A stretch of 63,794 nt of DNA, the filler included, from Stramenopiles sp. TOSAG23-3 (Eukaryota): assembly GCA_900128585.1 (NCBI GenBank). It is 9 parts of 9 records of this genome, joined end to end, with 100 filler letters (N's around TTAATTAATTAA, not from the genome) between each part and the next. Parts side by side here need not be neighbours in the genome. Positions count along the whole stretch, not along the records: positions 1 to 9,732 come from LT642886.1; positions 9,833 to 19,561 come from LT642887.1; 7 more parts are not named here. One strand, written 5' to 3'. Below, piece after piece: positions 1-13,100 of the stretch (the first letter of the stretch is position 1; each line of letters opens with the position of its first letter). The translations under genes were made by a program, and so were the position numbers. The notes beneath the pieces are model-generated. The model saw only the letters and a list, made by a program, of their open reading frames with translations. It ran no database searches and had not been told where the DNA came from.

Positions 1-587
1 ATAAAAATAAAATATATTCTTCATAGTAATTAGTTATAAAATAATATGTTATTTTTTTAATTATATTTTTTAAAGCTGGAAAGAAAAAAAAGTGTCGGTT
101 ATTATTTTATATTTATTTATAATTGTTTTTTTAGTTTTTTTGGATGTTTTATTTATATTGAACTACCACAACTCGTATACTAAACATATAATATATAGGA
201 CGACAAGACCGACGAAAGAAGGATGGACCGTTTCGCCGAATGAACCCTAATCATTAACCCCATTCACATAATCCCTATTTTACGGTACTTAAGTGTTTAT
301 GGTGTTCAGCCTATCAAGGAGCAACCAAGGGCCCGGTTGAGTACCCTATTTCTATTTTAAATATATATTTGAAATAATTTTCTTTTTTTAGGTGGTGCTG
401 CTGTGGTCTTTTTGATTGACAGTTAAGTTATTTTAATTGAATGAATGAATATTTAAAATTGTTATTTTATATAGGACAATATCAATGTATTATAAATAAG
501 ATTTTATTATAGTCTAGTCTTTCTATAAATTTAATTTTTTATTATAATAATAATTATTATTATTTATATCACATTAAAAGTCTCTCT

Positions 588-775
588 CTCTTCTTTTCTC
601 TTCTTCTTTTCTCTTCTTCTTCTTTTCTCTTCTTTTCTTTTCTTCTTCTTTTCTCTTCTTTTCTTTTCTTCTTCTTTTCTTTTCTCTTCTCTTCTTTTAT
701 TCCATACTTTTCTTTTCTTTTCTCTTCTCTTCTCTTCTTTTATTCCATACTTTTTTTCATACTTTTTTTCATACT
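588..775. repeat. Polypyrimidine (TTCTC/TTTTC)n low-complexity tract ending in CATACTTTT repeats
   Basis: Directly visible CT-only tract; a (CT)n run also lies at about 1150-1179. Confidence 0.9.
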
Positions 776-1146
776 TCTAATAAAATTAGAATATTTAGGA
801 AGTACATGATGATAGGAAAGAACTTAAAACGAAAGAGGTCGTCGAGCTGGACAAAAGAAGCCAAATATAATTAAGGAAATATATTTCTATATTTATTATA
901 TATGCTGTGTATATATAAAAGAGGTATACTTTATCACTTTTTTTTAGTTTTATTTGGGTATAATTAATTTTAATAAATGATTTCATCTAAATCTGTACAT
1001 TTACAAATGGATTATCGTTACAAAGGGTCTCTTATCGTTATTCTTATAAAACATATATCCTTAATTGAGGTGGTTTCTCTTGCCTTTCCTTCCAGCTCTA
1101 GTAGTATTTTCAAATTGAAAATTAAAATAAAATAAGTTAAATATAT

Positions 1147-1180
<34 letters not shown>

Positions 1181-1423
1181 GAGCTTCTCTATAGGATATG
1201 AAGAAACGTATTCATTTTAAAATTTATTACAGTATATAAAAGATAAGAAACTACTTGCTTTCTTTCTTCATTTCATTCATTCTTTGATTCATTCAGAGGA
1301 CGCTGTGTTTGGGTTTCCTTTCGTTGTTGTACACGGCACTTTAATAATAATAAGACTTGGACTCGCAGAGAGGAGGATTTGAAAAAGGAGGGAGAGAGAG
1401 AGAGTACCGGGTCGATTTTAAAC

Positions 1424-4400
1424 ATGCTGAGCGCGAAGGACTACGCGGGACCCTTGTCGTCGGACGAGGAGCGGTACGACGATGAGCATCAGAGGGGGCT
1501 TATTGCCAGGAACGTGCCGAATGGGCAGCCGCTGTCCGATAAAAGGCAGTTGGGCCAGGAGGGAAGAAAAAATGTTCCAGTAAAGGCCGTTCGGCTGCGG
1601 GTAAACCAGAGCAGCCTCGTGCGACCGCCAGTGGACGCCGCCGCGGCGGAGCAGAAAACGGGCGAAAGCTCAGCCGCGGGCAGGGAAGCCTTTGAAGGGA
1701 GGCGCGTCGGCGGCGATGGCCCGAAAATGTCCAGCCGCCAACCTGGCATTAGGAAAGGGCGCGCCGCCCGCCGCGTCGAAGTTTTTGCGTCCGTGCCCCC
1801 CCCGTCCCCCCCCGGCGAGGACGCGGCCGCCGCCCCCGGCAGCGGCATCGCCTCCCCCCAGCAGGCGGTGTACAACTACCCCGATAGCCCTGCGGAGTCT
1901 CCCTTGAACCAAAAAATAGTGGGCCGCTTGATTGAGGAGCGGCGGCGCGACTACGGGGAGAAGTTGCAGGCGCTCCACAAACGAAAGTATTTCAAGGAGA
2001 GAAAGCCCGAGCTCAACCAGGCCGGGAGCGCGAAGGACGGCAGGAAACGGAGGAGACCGGCCGACCGGCTGTCCCCGCAAACGGCAAAGCGGGTTAGCGA
2101 ACGAAGCGCAAAGGAGCGAGAGGCCGTCCTGGCGCACCACGCAGCATTGCGATCAGAGGAAGCGATGAAGAAGCTAGTCGAAGACAAGTTCAACAGGCGC
2201 CAACAGAAGCAGTCCGTGGCGGAGCGCAGGGCGCGCGTTAGTGAAATGGCACGCATTGTTAGGGCCCAGAACAAGCTACGCATGGAGCAAGCACGGGCCG
2301 CTGCCGCTGCCATGAAAGAGAGAGAAGCGAACGAGAGCGGAAGCGACATGTCGGACGACGGGCAAGCGCTGGGAAAAGAGAACCGACGCATCATTAAAAC
2401 GTACGACGTTGAAAGCGCCTTCCCTCCTGAATCGACCAAGGCGCGTCGGTTGGGCACTAAGCACGCTCCCCCGAAAGCTCCGAGCACGGAGGCGCAGGCG
2501 GTGCCCCTGCCGCCCCGAAAACCCCGAGTCCCACGGCTGAGCGGGAGGAAGCCGAAAGAGAGCGACGACAATAGCCAAAGAGCAGGGGAGCACCCGTCGA
2601 AACCGGCAGCATTGCAAACCCGAAAACCGCCGGTACCGAGGCTCAGCGCCAAGGCTACGTCGCAGAAAAAAGGCGGAGAGGGGGCACGAGCGGGGGGGTC
2701 CAGCACTGCGACGCTGGAAGGGAACACAGGCGCGGCCAAAAAGGTGAAGGGCGAGGGCAAGAATACCGGTGACGGCGCGGGGGAAAGGCGTTACAATTCT
2801 AGGAGACCGATTAAGAAACAAAAGGACAAATTTAGAATCCAGGCGTTCATGAGGGAAAAAAGGCGGCTGCGGAGGCAGAAGCTAAAGGAAAACGCGGAAA
2901 AAGAGGAGCTAGAGGACCGCCAGAGAAAGAAGAAGTTGAAGTCGCTGGATGCGAAGTTTAGAAAAGAGAGGGAGCGCGTCAAACGGCAGCTGCAGGCAGA
3001 GGCAAGGAGCAAGGCAAAAAAGAAGCGTGCTCGAAGAAACCTAAATAGAAAGATGAGGTCGACGGCCTCGAAATTACACACAGGTAGCAAAACCACGTTG
3101 GACGAGTTGCCCCACCGTGCCGCAATGGTCGCCACTGGCTCCGATTTACCCTTCCCGTTGACCGAGGAGTTTGGGGCGAACATAGTGGACCAATTTCAGT
3201 GGCAGCGGGTGGAGCCCATCCGGCCAGACGAAGAGATGGAAATGTTGGCTGAGAACAGCCATGACGCGGAAGAAGCGTCGCCTGGAAACAGTCGTCCAGG
3301 GAGCAGCTTGTCGCAACGTGAGATTGACAACAGCGGCGATGCGGACTTTTTGAATAGAGAGGCCCTGTTAAATGGGCTAGGAACGGCCAAAGCATTTCCC
3401 CAGCCCACTGCCGACTACCCCCCCGCCATGGCGCCCCAACCATCGTCCATGGAGCCAGCCGAAGAGTACGAAGTTGCAAGGCCACCCGCCGAAATGGAGA
3501 CCTACGTTGAACCCACGGCCGCAAACGACAGTGGGGACGGGAGCGACGAACCCTCTTTCGAGGAACGCCAGAGAATAGTGAATCGCATGGATGCTTTGAG
3601 AAAGGCGACAGAGCAGTTGTCCGCGAGAATCTCCATTCTTTCTGCGCAAACAACACAGCCTGTTCAAGGCGTAGAAGAGGTGTCGGACGAAGAAATATTG
3701 AGGACTGTGGCTGGAAACGCAAGTTCGTTCGAATCGGGCCTTCTTATGGCCCAAAACATACAAGGGGTGAAGACTGAACTTTCTCTAATCCGAGAAGCAG
3801 AGGGCAGAACATCCCGTCACATGAAGAATTTGATCCAAGAGTCGCAAGAATTTAGCGAAGAGGCCCACCAGAATCGTGCCCAAGAGGACGTCGCAACAGC
3901 AGAGTCCCTATTGAGCGAGGCCCGCCAGGTGGAATTGCAAGGTTCACGCAAGGTGAGAACTATTGTCAATGAAGTGGCTAGTGAGGCGAGCAAGCAGGAG
4001 AAAGCCTTTAGTCGGCTGCCTATCCCGCAGAAGGAATCGGTGGACGCTGCCCCAGGGACGGAAGAAAACACGAATTCCTCCTCCGTAGAATCTAGGTACA
4101 GTGATGACACAGACTACGAGAACAGTGGAAATGAAGAATTCGAGCAAGCTGAGGACGCGCTTCCGGGAAATCAATCTCTCTCCTCCTCATTAAGGGTTTC
4201 AGAGCCAAAACGTAAATCAACGACTTTGAAAACGACTGGGGTTAAGGAAGATGGGCTAGCACCTATTGCAGCTTTAGAGTCCCAGGAGGAACAGTTCGAG
4301 AACGTCCTGAAAGACGCCCGCGATATTTTTATTAGGCATTCTAATGTGTTGGAAATCGACGATGAAATAACTCCTCGAGAAATACCCCGATCCAGTCTCA

Positions 4401-7400
4401 GCAACGGACAGACAATACCCCAAGTAGATTTAAAACTCGCCGCGGAAGCAGCAGCAGCTGTCACGGCTGCAACCAATGCGTCCAGAGAAGCCCTCGAACG
4501 TGCACGGCAACTGGAGGCCGAGTCCCGCGCTGGAATCGTTTCTAGGGCACCGCGCAACGAAAGCAATTATAGGCAATCGGGTGGTACCAAAAAACATACA
4601 TTCAGTGATTTCAGCAGAAGGAACATGGACGTTGACATCGATTTCAAGATGTCCGAAAATGCATATTCAATTGTTGACTCCTACAGTGTCTTAGATATTT
4701 ACGCAGAAGAGACAGTTCAGCACCAGCAGCACGAGTTAGCGGAGCGCTTTAACCGGCAGAGAAATGGCGCCATCGAACCGACAGACTCACGCGAAGGAAG
4801 CTCGGATACGGATGCAAACAACAAGCCAAGTGCAACCATTGCAGTACAAACAGGGAATTATTGGGACTCGCTCATCGCCAAAACAGAAGACAAGGGACTT
4901 GCAGTTCTTGTTGTCCCGGAAGACGACGAGGTTCCAATGCAACACGCCACCGCATCGCCGGGGACAGGCGCCAGAGACGCCCCCCCATCACCCCCCTCGT
5001 GAGCAAATCTCCACTGGTGAGTTTTTCGAAGAGTCCGTGCAGCGTTTATCTCCAGGATCGTTGTCAAAAAAATTATTGGCTGAAGTCGACCTTCTTCAAG
5101 AATTGACAGAATCTGAGAAACAACTCGATGCCGTTGTCCATGCACGCGAACTTGAATTGGCTCAAAAGGAAACCATCGAGCTGGCGAATCAGTGGAATAA
5201 CCAGCAGCAGGAGGCGGCGGTTATGGCAGAAATCCTTGCTGCAGAGCAAGCACATGCCGCCGAGATGCAGCTGCAGACTGCTCAGATCACTCTGTCGTTG
5301 CAAGCTGCACACGAAGAGCAAGTTCAGTCGATGAATGCTCACTTGGAAATGATTCGGAAACAGACAGAGGAAGCGAAGCGGCGTGAGTCGGGGCAGCAGA
5401 CTGAAGTTCAAGTCTTGTTGGACAAAGGCACCGCCCCAAGCCCATCCCAAGCGAAAGGCGTAGACACTGCCGTTGGCACTAGTGCGATAGCATCTCCTCG
5501 AAACGCTTCTGCTCAATTGGCAGAGAGCCAATTTGAATACACTGCTGATTTTGAGAACGAAGAAAGTATCGGGCTGTCTGTCCGGAAGGAAAAACTAGCA
5601 GACAGAACGTCCTCAGTCATAGAAGAAGAGTATGGGTTAATAGAAGATGCGATTGGGGATGATGATGTCGTGGAGGATCTGGGGGTAACTGCCAACGAAT
5701 CATCAATCCAGGAGTCGTTCAAATTGTCTAAGAACCAACAGGAAGAAAGCATCGCGGAAGAAGTCCACGACAGTGTAGCAGGAAACGCAGTAGGAGAAGT
5801 ATCAGTGCAAAGCGTTGCAGAGGAATACACATACGATCAAGACGAGTTTGAATCCACAGAGCACGAAGACAATAGCGACAACAAGGATGAGATATCTGAG
5901 GATGAAGTAGTAGAAGGGGGTGAAATGAACGTTCAGCTGTCGTTGCAGAGAAGTACGAAACGTCTAATGAAAAAAGTTTTGAAGGATATGGAAACACGGC
6001 AAAAGCACGAAGACGCACTTTTGGAAATCCGCGAACAAGCGATCCAGGAGCGGGCGAAAATGAACATCGAGGAGCTGAAAATGCGTGAGTCTGAGCTTTC
6101 CCCTGAGGACCTCTCAGCGGAGAAGGATAAAATTAGCTACACATTCAAGAAAAATATTGCGCAGGTACAGCGCCAACGGGCTGCGCTACAAGTTCGCCAC
6201 TACCGGGAGATCTTAAAACTCCGCGCAAGGCACAAATCGTTGGAAAGGTTGGCTTTGAGCTCGACAGACCCAGAATACTCCAGTGCAATGGACTCAGAAG
6301 AAGGTGTTGACAACAGAAATGCATCAAATCGCAGGGTGACAAAGCGCCCTGGAAAAGTTGTCAGGAAGCGAAGCTCTTCATCAACGGACAAAAAATTCTC
6401 CGACTCTGATGATATTCGAGAGGAGTTGGTGCAGAGACAGAATTCTGCCGAGTCTTTCGTGCTTGATGTGCGAGAGGTTAACGGCGCCACAGAGGTGGAG
6501 GAAGAAGACTTTGGCTCCAATGGCGGCGAGGAGTACGAGCTGTCAATTCAAGAGGAAACGATTCAGGAAGACTCGTCAGTCTTGAAGCGCTCAATGTCAG
6601 TCCAGTCTCGTGCCTCCGACGTATACGACGAGGACTTCGAAGATGATTTTGAAGAGGAAGATGTTTTGCACGACTCCATACGAATGCAAAAGATATCCCA
6701 ACAGCTGGATTCGATCCAAAAGCTAGAAAATCAGCACCAGAATTCCACGAAAGACTTGAACGAGAAAGAACTGTACGAGAAAGAAATGGAGCTTTCGGCC
6801 AGACGCCAACACGCAGAACAGCTTCTGAAAGAAAAGCAAGCGATAGTCGATCGTGCCAGACGTCGGGTTAGTTTAGAAAACGAGGAGAAACGAGTGAACG
6901 AATTGCTGGAAAAGGCGTTGCAGTACAACGTGAAGGAAGAGCTTCGTAAACTAGAGTCGAATGCAGGAGCAGTGGCTACCTCGACCCCTTCAATTGCATC
7001 GCCAGTACCTACGTCGAACTTTGATTTAAAAGGCACCCCTGCGTCAGTCAGTTCTCCCCCTCAAACAGCAAACAAACAGGATAAATCTCCGATCACCGAA
7101 ATGGAGTTGTCAGAAGCAGATGAGATCGAAGAAGAGTCAATAAATGAAGCGATGAGCATGTCCAGTATAGGAATATCACAGGGTGAAGACTCGTACGGCG
7201 ACGAGACATTTGAAGAGGGAGAAAGTATACAGAAAGTCAGCGCGGCGACAGAATCAATTAATTCAGAATCTCTTCCCGCGACAGAATCTTCTACCAACAT
7301 GAAAGAGAGTAACAGCGAAATTCTGCTTGTGGAAGCACAGCCAAATTTGTCACCGCAAATTACCAAGTCTTCTAGTTTTGACAAGACCGCATCTGACACG

Positions 7401-9260
7401 AGAATGGATGAGTCTTCGACAAGCGCTAGTATAATCGATGATGAAATCGACATCGAGTCGGTGGAGGACGAGGTAGATATAGGGGAAAGCTGGCAGCGCA
7501 CCATGGGACAGGTAGATGAAGACCAAAACGAGAGCACAGATGAACAAGTTTTGATCAAATCGTTCAACATCGTGGAGTCTGCAGCAGAACCGGAAGCATT
7601 ATCGCCGTCTCCTGGAGAAGGGGAAACTTCCATCTCCAATTTAGAGCAATCGAATGGCGATGAATCCCACGCATTTTTGGAATCATTCGATCAAGTTGAA
7701 GTGCCTGACACCCCACAAAAATTGTCACCAGCACCTGAAAATACCGTGAAGTCAGATGCAAAGGCCCCGCAAGAAAGTCCAGCAATGTTAAGATTACCGG
7801 AGTCTGAAGAGATACTATCAGAGGTTGACCAGTCTCTAGATATGCAATCAGAAAGCGAACCAGAAACTCCGAAAAGTAACGCGGAGAGGGCGCTTTTGGA
7901 GTCTTTTGACCAGGTTGAATCCCCCCGAACCCCGAGGCACTTATCTGCGATCAATAATTCTGCCACTGCCCAGTTATCAGAGGCCGTTGAAGAGGTGGCT
8001 ACGATGGAAAATGTGGAAGTCAGCGAGGTACTGTCAGTTAATTCGAAGATAATTTCCAGCGTAAGCCCCAAGCGACCCGCATTAATGGAATCATTTGACT
8101 CCGTCGAATCCGCAATATCACCGAAGCGTTTGTCCTCTCCTAAAGTCGAAGGCCAAACTGACAGCGTAGCAGTCCCGGCAAGTCCCAAGAACCCGTCGCT
8201 TGATAAGACGGTCTCCCCAGACCGCAAGGTAGCCTTAGCCGAAGCAGTCACGAATATGATTATGCGCGACCTTGCTGCTGAACTGAGTACCTCTATATCT
8301 TCGGTAAAAAACAAACCTGTAGAAGAAGGTGGGCAGGATGCCGGAGATAGCGCAGTAGATTCTTCCTCCGTGCAAAGCGAGAGTGACGATGATTCTAGAA
8401 GTGGCGGAATATTCACAGAGACGGCCGTTTACGAAGCGTCCCCGGAGGCAGAAGGCGAAGAAGCGCTATCAATAAGTGACGAGGTTGAAGACGTCTATGA
8501 CTTTGAGGACGAAGACAACCTCATCAATATGGACAGCGCAGAAAACGATTCGAATGCCCTGGAATCCCAGGAAGCAATAGAAGAGAAACGCGAGGAAGCG
8601 TTACTAAAATCGACCCAGAAATGGGCAAAGTACGCGGAATCGTACGTCGAGCAGTTGATGGGTCGTGTTGGTATAGACAGAAACGCTAAAAGAGGAAAAA
8701 AGTCACTTCTTACAGAAATTATTGTTGACAGGATCCCCCACAAAGATTTTGAAGATTACAATATAAAGATGGACGTTTATGTAGAGATTGAAAAGAACTC
8801 CGACAACGATGAACATACAGGCATCTACAACAAACTTTTGTTCGATGTGGTCAATGAGGCACTGAGTGAGATTGCTGATAAAACTCATAACAAAGACCCG
8901 CCTTGGATAAAACAAGTCACGGCTCTTCGGGCAGCAAGTGTTTATGAAACCCTGGAGTATAAATTCTTCAAGACACTGGACGACAAACTTTTCAGATTCG
9001 ATCGGTTGGACAATAACCCACAGGCTGCTCGGCGCAAAGCCTCACTTAACACCGACTCTGGGGTACAGTCTACTGCACCACTAACATCACTAGAACGCAT
9101 GGATTTGGTTTTGACCTATGATGCAATACAGATGGAAGAGGACTGGAAACAGGATTATGAGCGCGTTGAAGCAAGTGTAAAAATGAGGATTGCGGACGAA
9201 ATTTTCGAAGAGCTTCTGTATGATACTACATGGGCAGTCCATCAAGTGAAGGAGGAGTAA
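1424..9260 (+). CDS. Giant coiled-coil/acidic centrosomal protein, CEP350/DUF4378 (TON1-recruiting motif)-like; one gene split by a +1 frameshift at C-runs 4980-4996
   Basis: ORFs 1379-5002 and 4764-9260 join cleanly (DAPPSPPREQISTGEF) if one C is removed, giving about 2611 aa from ATG 1424. RLSPGSLSKKLLAEVDLLQELTESEKQL, IYNKLLFDVVNEALSEI and C-terminal VKMRIADEIFEELLYDT resemble conserved CEP350/DUF4378 blocks. Confidence 0.7.
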
Positions 9261-9310
9261 AAAGACCAATGGCGCGCGTGTAAAAAAAAAGGGTAGTAGG
9301 GTAAGTCTCT

Positions 9311-9573
9311 AAAAACAAAAAAATGGCTGTTCAGTCTTAAATAACAAAAAATTGGCTGTTATATTTAAGTAAAATTAAAATTCTCTTCCTCATATTACCG
9401 CGAAAATGAATCTCTACTCCTTTTGTCCATAAGATAGTTCTTAATTCCTTTATAATTGTTTTACAGAGACATATATATTTTACTATAAAAAATAACAGCC
9501 AAATTTTTCTTGTTTTATATATTTACTTTTATCATATGATAAGACCAAAATAACAGCCAAATTTTTCTTGTTT
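9311..9573. repeat. Four copies of the dispersed AATAACAGCCAATTTTCTTG element (two minus at 9311 and 9343, two plus at 9490 and 9548)
   Basis: Motif read directly; starts about 50 bp after the stop codon at 9260. Confidence 0.85.
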
Positions 9574-9732
9574 AAGACCAATCAATTGGAATCTTGACCA
9601 GAACTTGGGAGGATCTGCATCATTATTTCATTGAGCAGTACCACATAACAACTGAGCCCCTTTAAAACATTTATGCCGCTGTGTACTTTTAAGACCAATC
9701 AATTGGAATCTTGACCAGAACTTGGGGAGGAT
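9571..9732 (+). repeat. 44-45 bp direct repeat (TTTAAGACCAATCAATTGGAATCTTGACCAGAACTTGGG(G)AGGAT), period 117 bp, running into the contig end
   Basis: Copies at 9571-9614 and 9688-9732 differ only by one extra G. Confidence 0.9.
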
Positions 9733-9832
9733 NNNNNNNNNNNNNNNNNNNNNNNNNNNNNNNNNNNNNNNNNNNNTTAATTAATTAANNNNNNNNNNNN
9801 NNNNNNNNNNNNNNNNNNNNNNNNNNNNNNNN
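9733..9832. other. Artificial contig linker (N44-TTAATTAATTAA-N44)
   Basis: Six-frame stop linker, identical at all eight junctions. Confidence 0.99.
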
Positions 9833-10195
9833 TTCAAAAGAAAGAAAGAAAGAAAGAAGACAACAAAGAGAAGTAGTGGTGGCAAATAATATATATAAAA
9901 TAATAATAATAATATTTTTTTATAACACAACAAAAAAAACTTGTATTATTAATAAAATATATAATTAATAATGTAAAATGTAATAGAAAGGATTACATTC
10001 AAATGGAAAGAAGTAAAAAAGAGTTTGGTTGATATTGTTTTGTTTACGCTTCTGTTGTTTGGGAAAGTAACATCGTTAGCGAATCAGGTGCAGACGTGCG
10101 TGTGTGTGTATATAAATATATAACCACTTTACGAACGGCTATACTATAATATTACAACCGACGGTTGTCTTATACTCTTCGTCCGCGCCGTTAGG

Positions 10196-13100
10196 ATGGA
10201 AGTCAATTCGCGGGCTGAGGCCTGGAAGCAGTCGGAAATGCTGCGCATAGCGCAAGAAGACGGCGAATTCTTAGGCTTTGTAGAGATATCGGGGAACGAC
10301 GTGCGGACGCTGGCGCAAGTTCGGCAGCGTATGGGCGACGAGTTGGACAATACCCCGAAAAAGTTTAATTTCCTGCTGCCGGACGGGGTTCCCGTGAGCT
10401 TGCGGCAAGAGAAGAATATATTGGCCAGTGACTTCCTGCCCCACCTTACCATTCGGAGAGGCGGGAGTGCGCCGGGGGCGTCAAACAAAATAAGCGTGGA
10501 CTTTAACGGGGATAGACTGAGCACGTGGATCACCGCCGATTATACGTTTGGCCAACTTAGGAAGGATTCTGCCCGGTACTTTAACGTCTCGGCGGGGGAC
10601 GTACTCCTCCAAGACGGCGAAGGCTGCGCTTGGCCGGAGCAGGCGCGCATCGAGAGCATGTTCTCAGACGACAGCAACGACCAGCCAGGCGTGCACCTCG
10701 TCCTGAAAGCGTCCCATAGGCTCACCCGGACCAACAGTCCGACAGACGAGCTGGGGGGGCGCCCGAGAGGGACGAAGTCTGCTGCCCCAGGGTTTCTGAA
10801 GGTCCCCGGGAGCGTCCAAAGCGCCCCCGCCCGTTTGGCCAGTGCGGCCTCGTCGGATTTGGACGTGGAGTCGGAGTTGTGGAGGATCTTCACGTACTAC
10901 TGTGTGCACGGGGACGCGAAAGAGGTGGAGCACTTGCGGCGGCACCAGTGGCTGCAGCTTATGCGAGATGTCCACTTGCTCGGCACTGGTCCGGCCGCGC
11001 GAACGCCCGCCGCCGAGTTTCGTGTCATTTATTCTGCGGAGACCCGTGGGAAAACTGGGTCAAGTGGGAAAATGAACTACGACGAGTTCCTCAACGCGCT
11101 GATGAACGTGTCCAACCGCGCATGTACGGCTGGGAGTGGAAACTTGGTCCCGTCGAGGGACGCTTTGGAAGCGGCGTTCTGCGAGCTGCTCGTTGAGTAC
11201 ATTATGCCGAACGCCTACCGTTGGAACACCGAGGTGTGGGACGCCCAAACGCAACAGCTTCGGCTGCCAGAAGTGGTCGAGACCTTGGGCGTGTTCAAGA
11301 ATGCACTATACGACATCTTTCGGTTTTACTCCCCGGCCGACGAGAGCCCAAAGCAGTTTTCCGAGTTTGGCTTGTGCCTGGGCTACAAAGAGTGGATGAC
11401 GTTTGTCCAAGACTTTGATTTTAAAAATTCCTTGGCGCTGTCGCTGCAACAGATCGGGGAAGTCTTTCTGGCCGCCTGCCACGGCGGAAACAGCGTTCTG
11501 GAAGAAATTGGTGGCCACCCTGAGGAATCTGTCAGGATGTCTGGCCAGAGGGTGCGGCCGGCTCGCTACGCAATGACCGTCCGGGGCACGAATGGGGATG
11601 GGGCGAAGACTATCTTCAAAGATACCACTGTTCAGCGAGCGCGGAACAGGATTTATTTCGGAAACTTTTGTGACGCCATTATGAGGACTGCCCTGTTCGC
11701 GTTCGACGGGATGACCGACGAAAACGGCGAGGTGACCCCTGAGAACATGATCAAAGCCCTCTTCCAAGGCTTGAGTCGCACCCTGTCGCGTTCCCGAATA
11801 ACCAGGATACTGTCCAAGCGCCGGTACTCGTGCATTCACCCCCGCGGCCTAATGAAGGGGACCATGGCGCTGAACGCAAAGTATTTGACGATGTGGAAGC
11901 AGGACGGCTGCTGCGATTATTTGCACCGGGAGCGGACGAGCAACGACTACATCGACAGCGCCCTGGGCCGGTCGTTGACGGGCACGCGTCGGCGAGGCCG
12001 GCGAACGACCATTGAGGACATTTCATCGCCGATTAATCGCGCGCCCAGTTTGAGAGGGAAGATAGGAACGGGGAGCAACAATGCAAAGTTTTCCCCGAGC
12101 TTGAAACATACCTCTCCCACAAACGGGACTGCTGCCTGGTCCTTGTCAGAAGCGCCCCTGACGCTCGATGGGAAGCACGGCAAGCAGAACCGGATACCAA
12201 GAAATTTCCACAACACGGGGCGATCGCTTTTGGCAAAGCTGCTAGACAGTCAAAATTCACAGAACCAAATCGAGTACTCCAACGTTGGAGGCGCAGGAGG
12301 CAGAGGGCCCTCCGTAAACCAAGCGTCTCCCACATTGTCCATGGAGTCGATGGAGGTGAAATCCCCCGATGGCAACCTTATCGGCGGGCAGTCTGAAAGT
12401 GATGGGTTGGCAAAGACCGTGTCCGTGTCCTTGCTGTCGCCAAATGTCATGGGCGGGAGTGGCAACGAGCGCACCACGGCGTTTCAGCCAAACATGCTGT
12501 TGGCGCGGAACATGTCGTCCAAATCAATCGTGAACTCTGGAAACAGCAGCCAAAATGGAAGCCCTACCTCCAGGTACTCGGGCCCGCAGCAAGCCGTTGA
12601 GGACGGCACGAATAGTAAAGGGTATGATTACGGAAAATTGTTCGAGCGGCGATCGGAGAGCTTGAACAAAGGTATGGGAAAGTCAAAGTCTGTCCGTGCG
12701 TTGAGTCCAAAACAAAGGAGCATCATCGACAAAGACGTTCATTTGCGTGCTTCTAAATCCAGCCCCGTGATGAACCCATCATCCCCAAAACAGGCAATTT
12801 TGGTAGGAAACAATTCCACTGGCGCCGGGAGCTCAAAGTCGTCCTTTGGCAGCAAAAGCTCCGGTGGAAGCGGTAAGTCGCTGGAGCCGGCAGAATCGTT
12901 TTCGAACAGGCCCGCGTCACAACTTCACGAAGTGTTCCCAGACATGTCGATAGAAGAGTGTGTTCAATTTTTGCAGATTAATAATAATGATTTACAGAAA
13001 GCAATGGCAATTATTATGGACAATTCTGTCGGCCATGCCAAGAACCTTGTGGCTGACGCACATGCCCATGCTGTCGTCCGTTCAATGGTCCAAGACAGTT

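Noticed and set aside
197-430. Possible ncRNA or exons in moderately GC-rich patches (also 33925-34170)
   Set aside because: No tRNA, rRNA or snRNA signature or convincing ORF recognised; cannot be supported without Rfam or RNA-seq.
1489-8915. Many antisense or overlapping ORFs within long genes (also elsewhere, e.g. 60976-61887)
   Set aside because: Shadow ORFs of GC-rich coding strands with no independent motifs.
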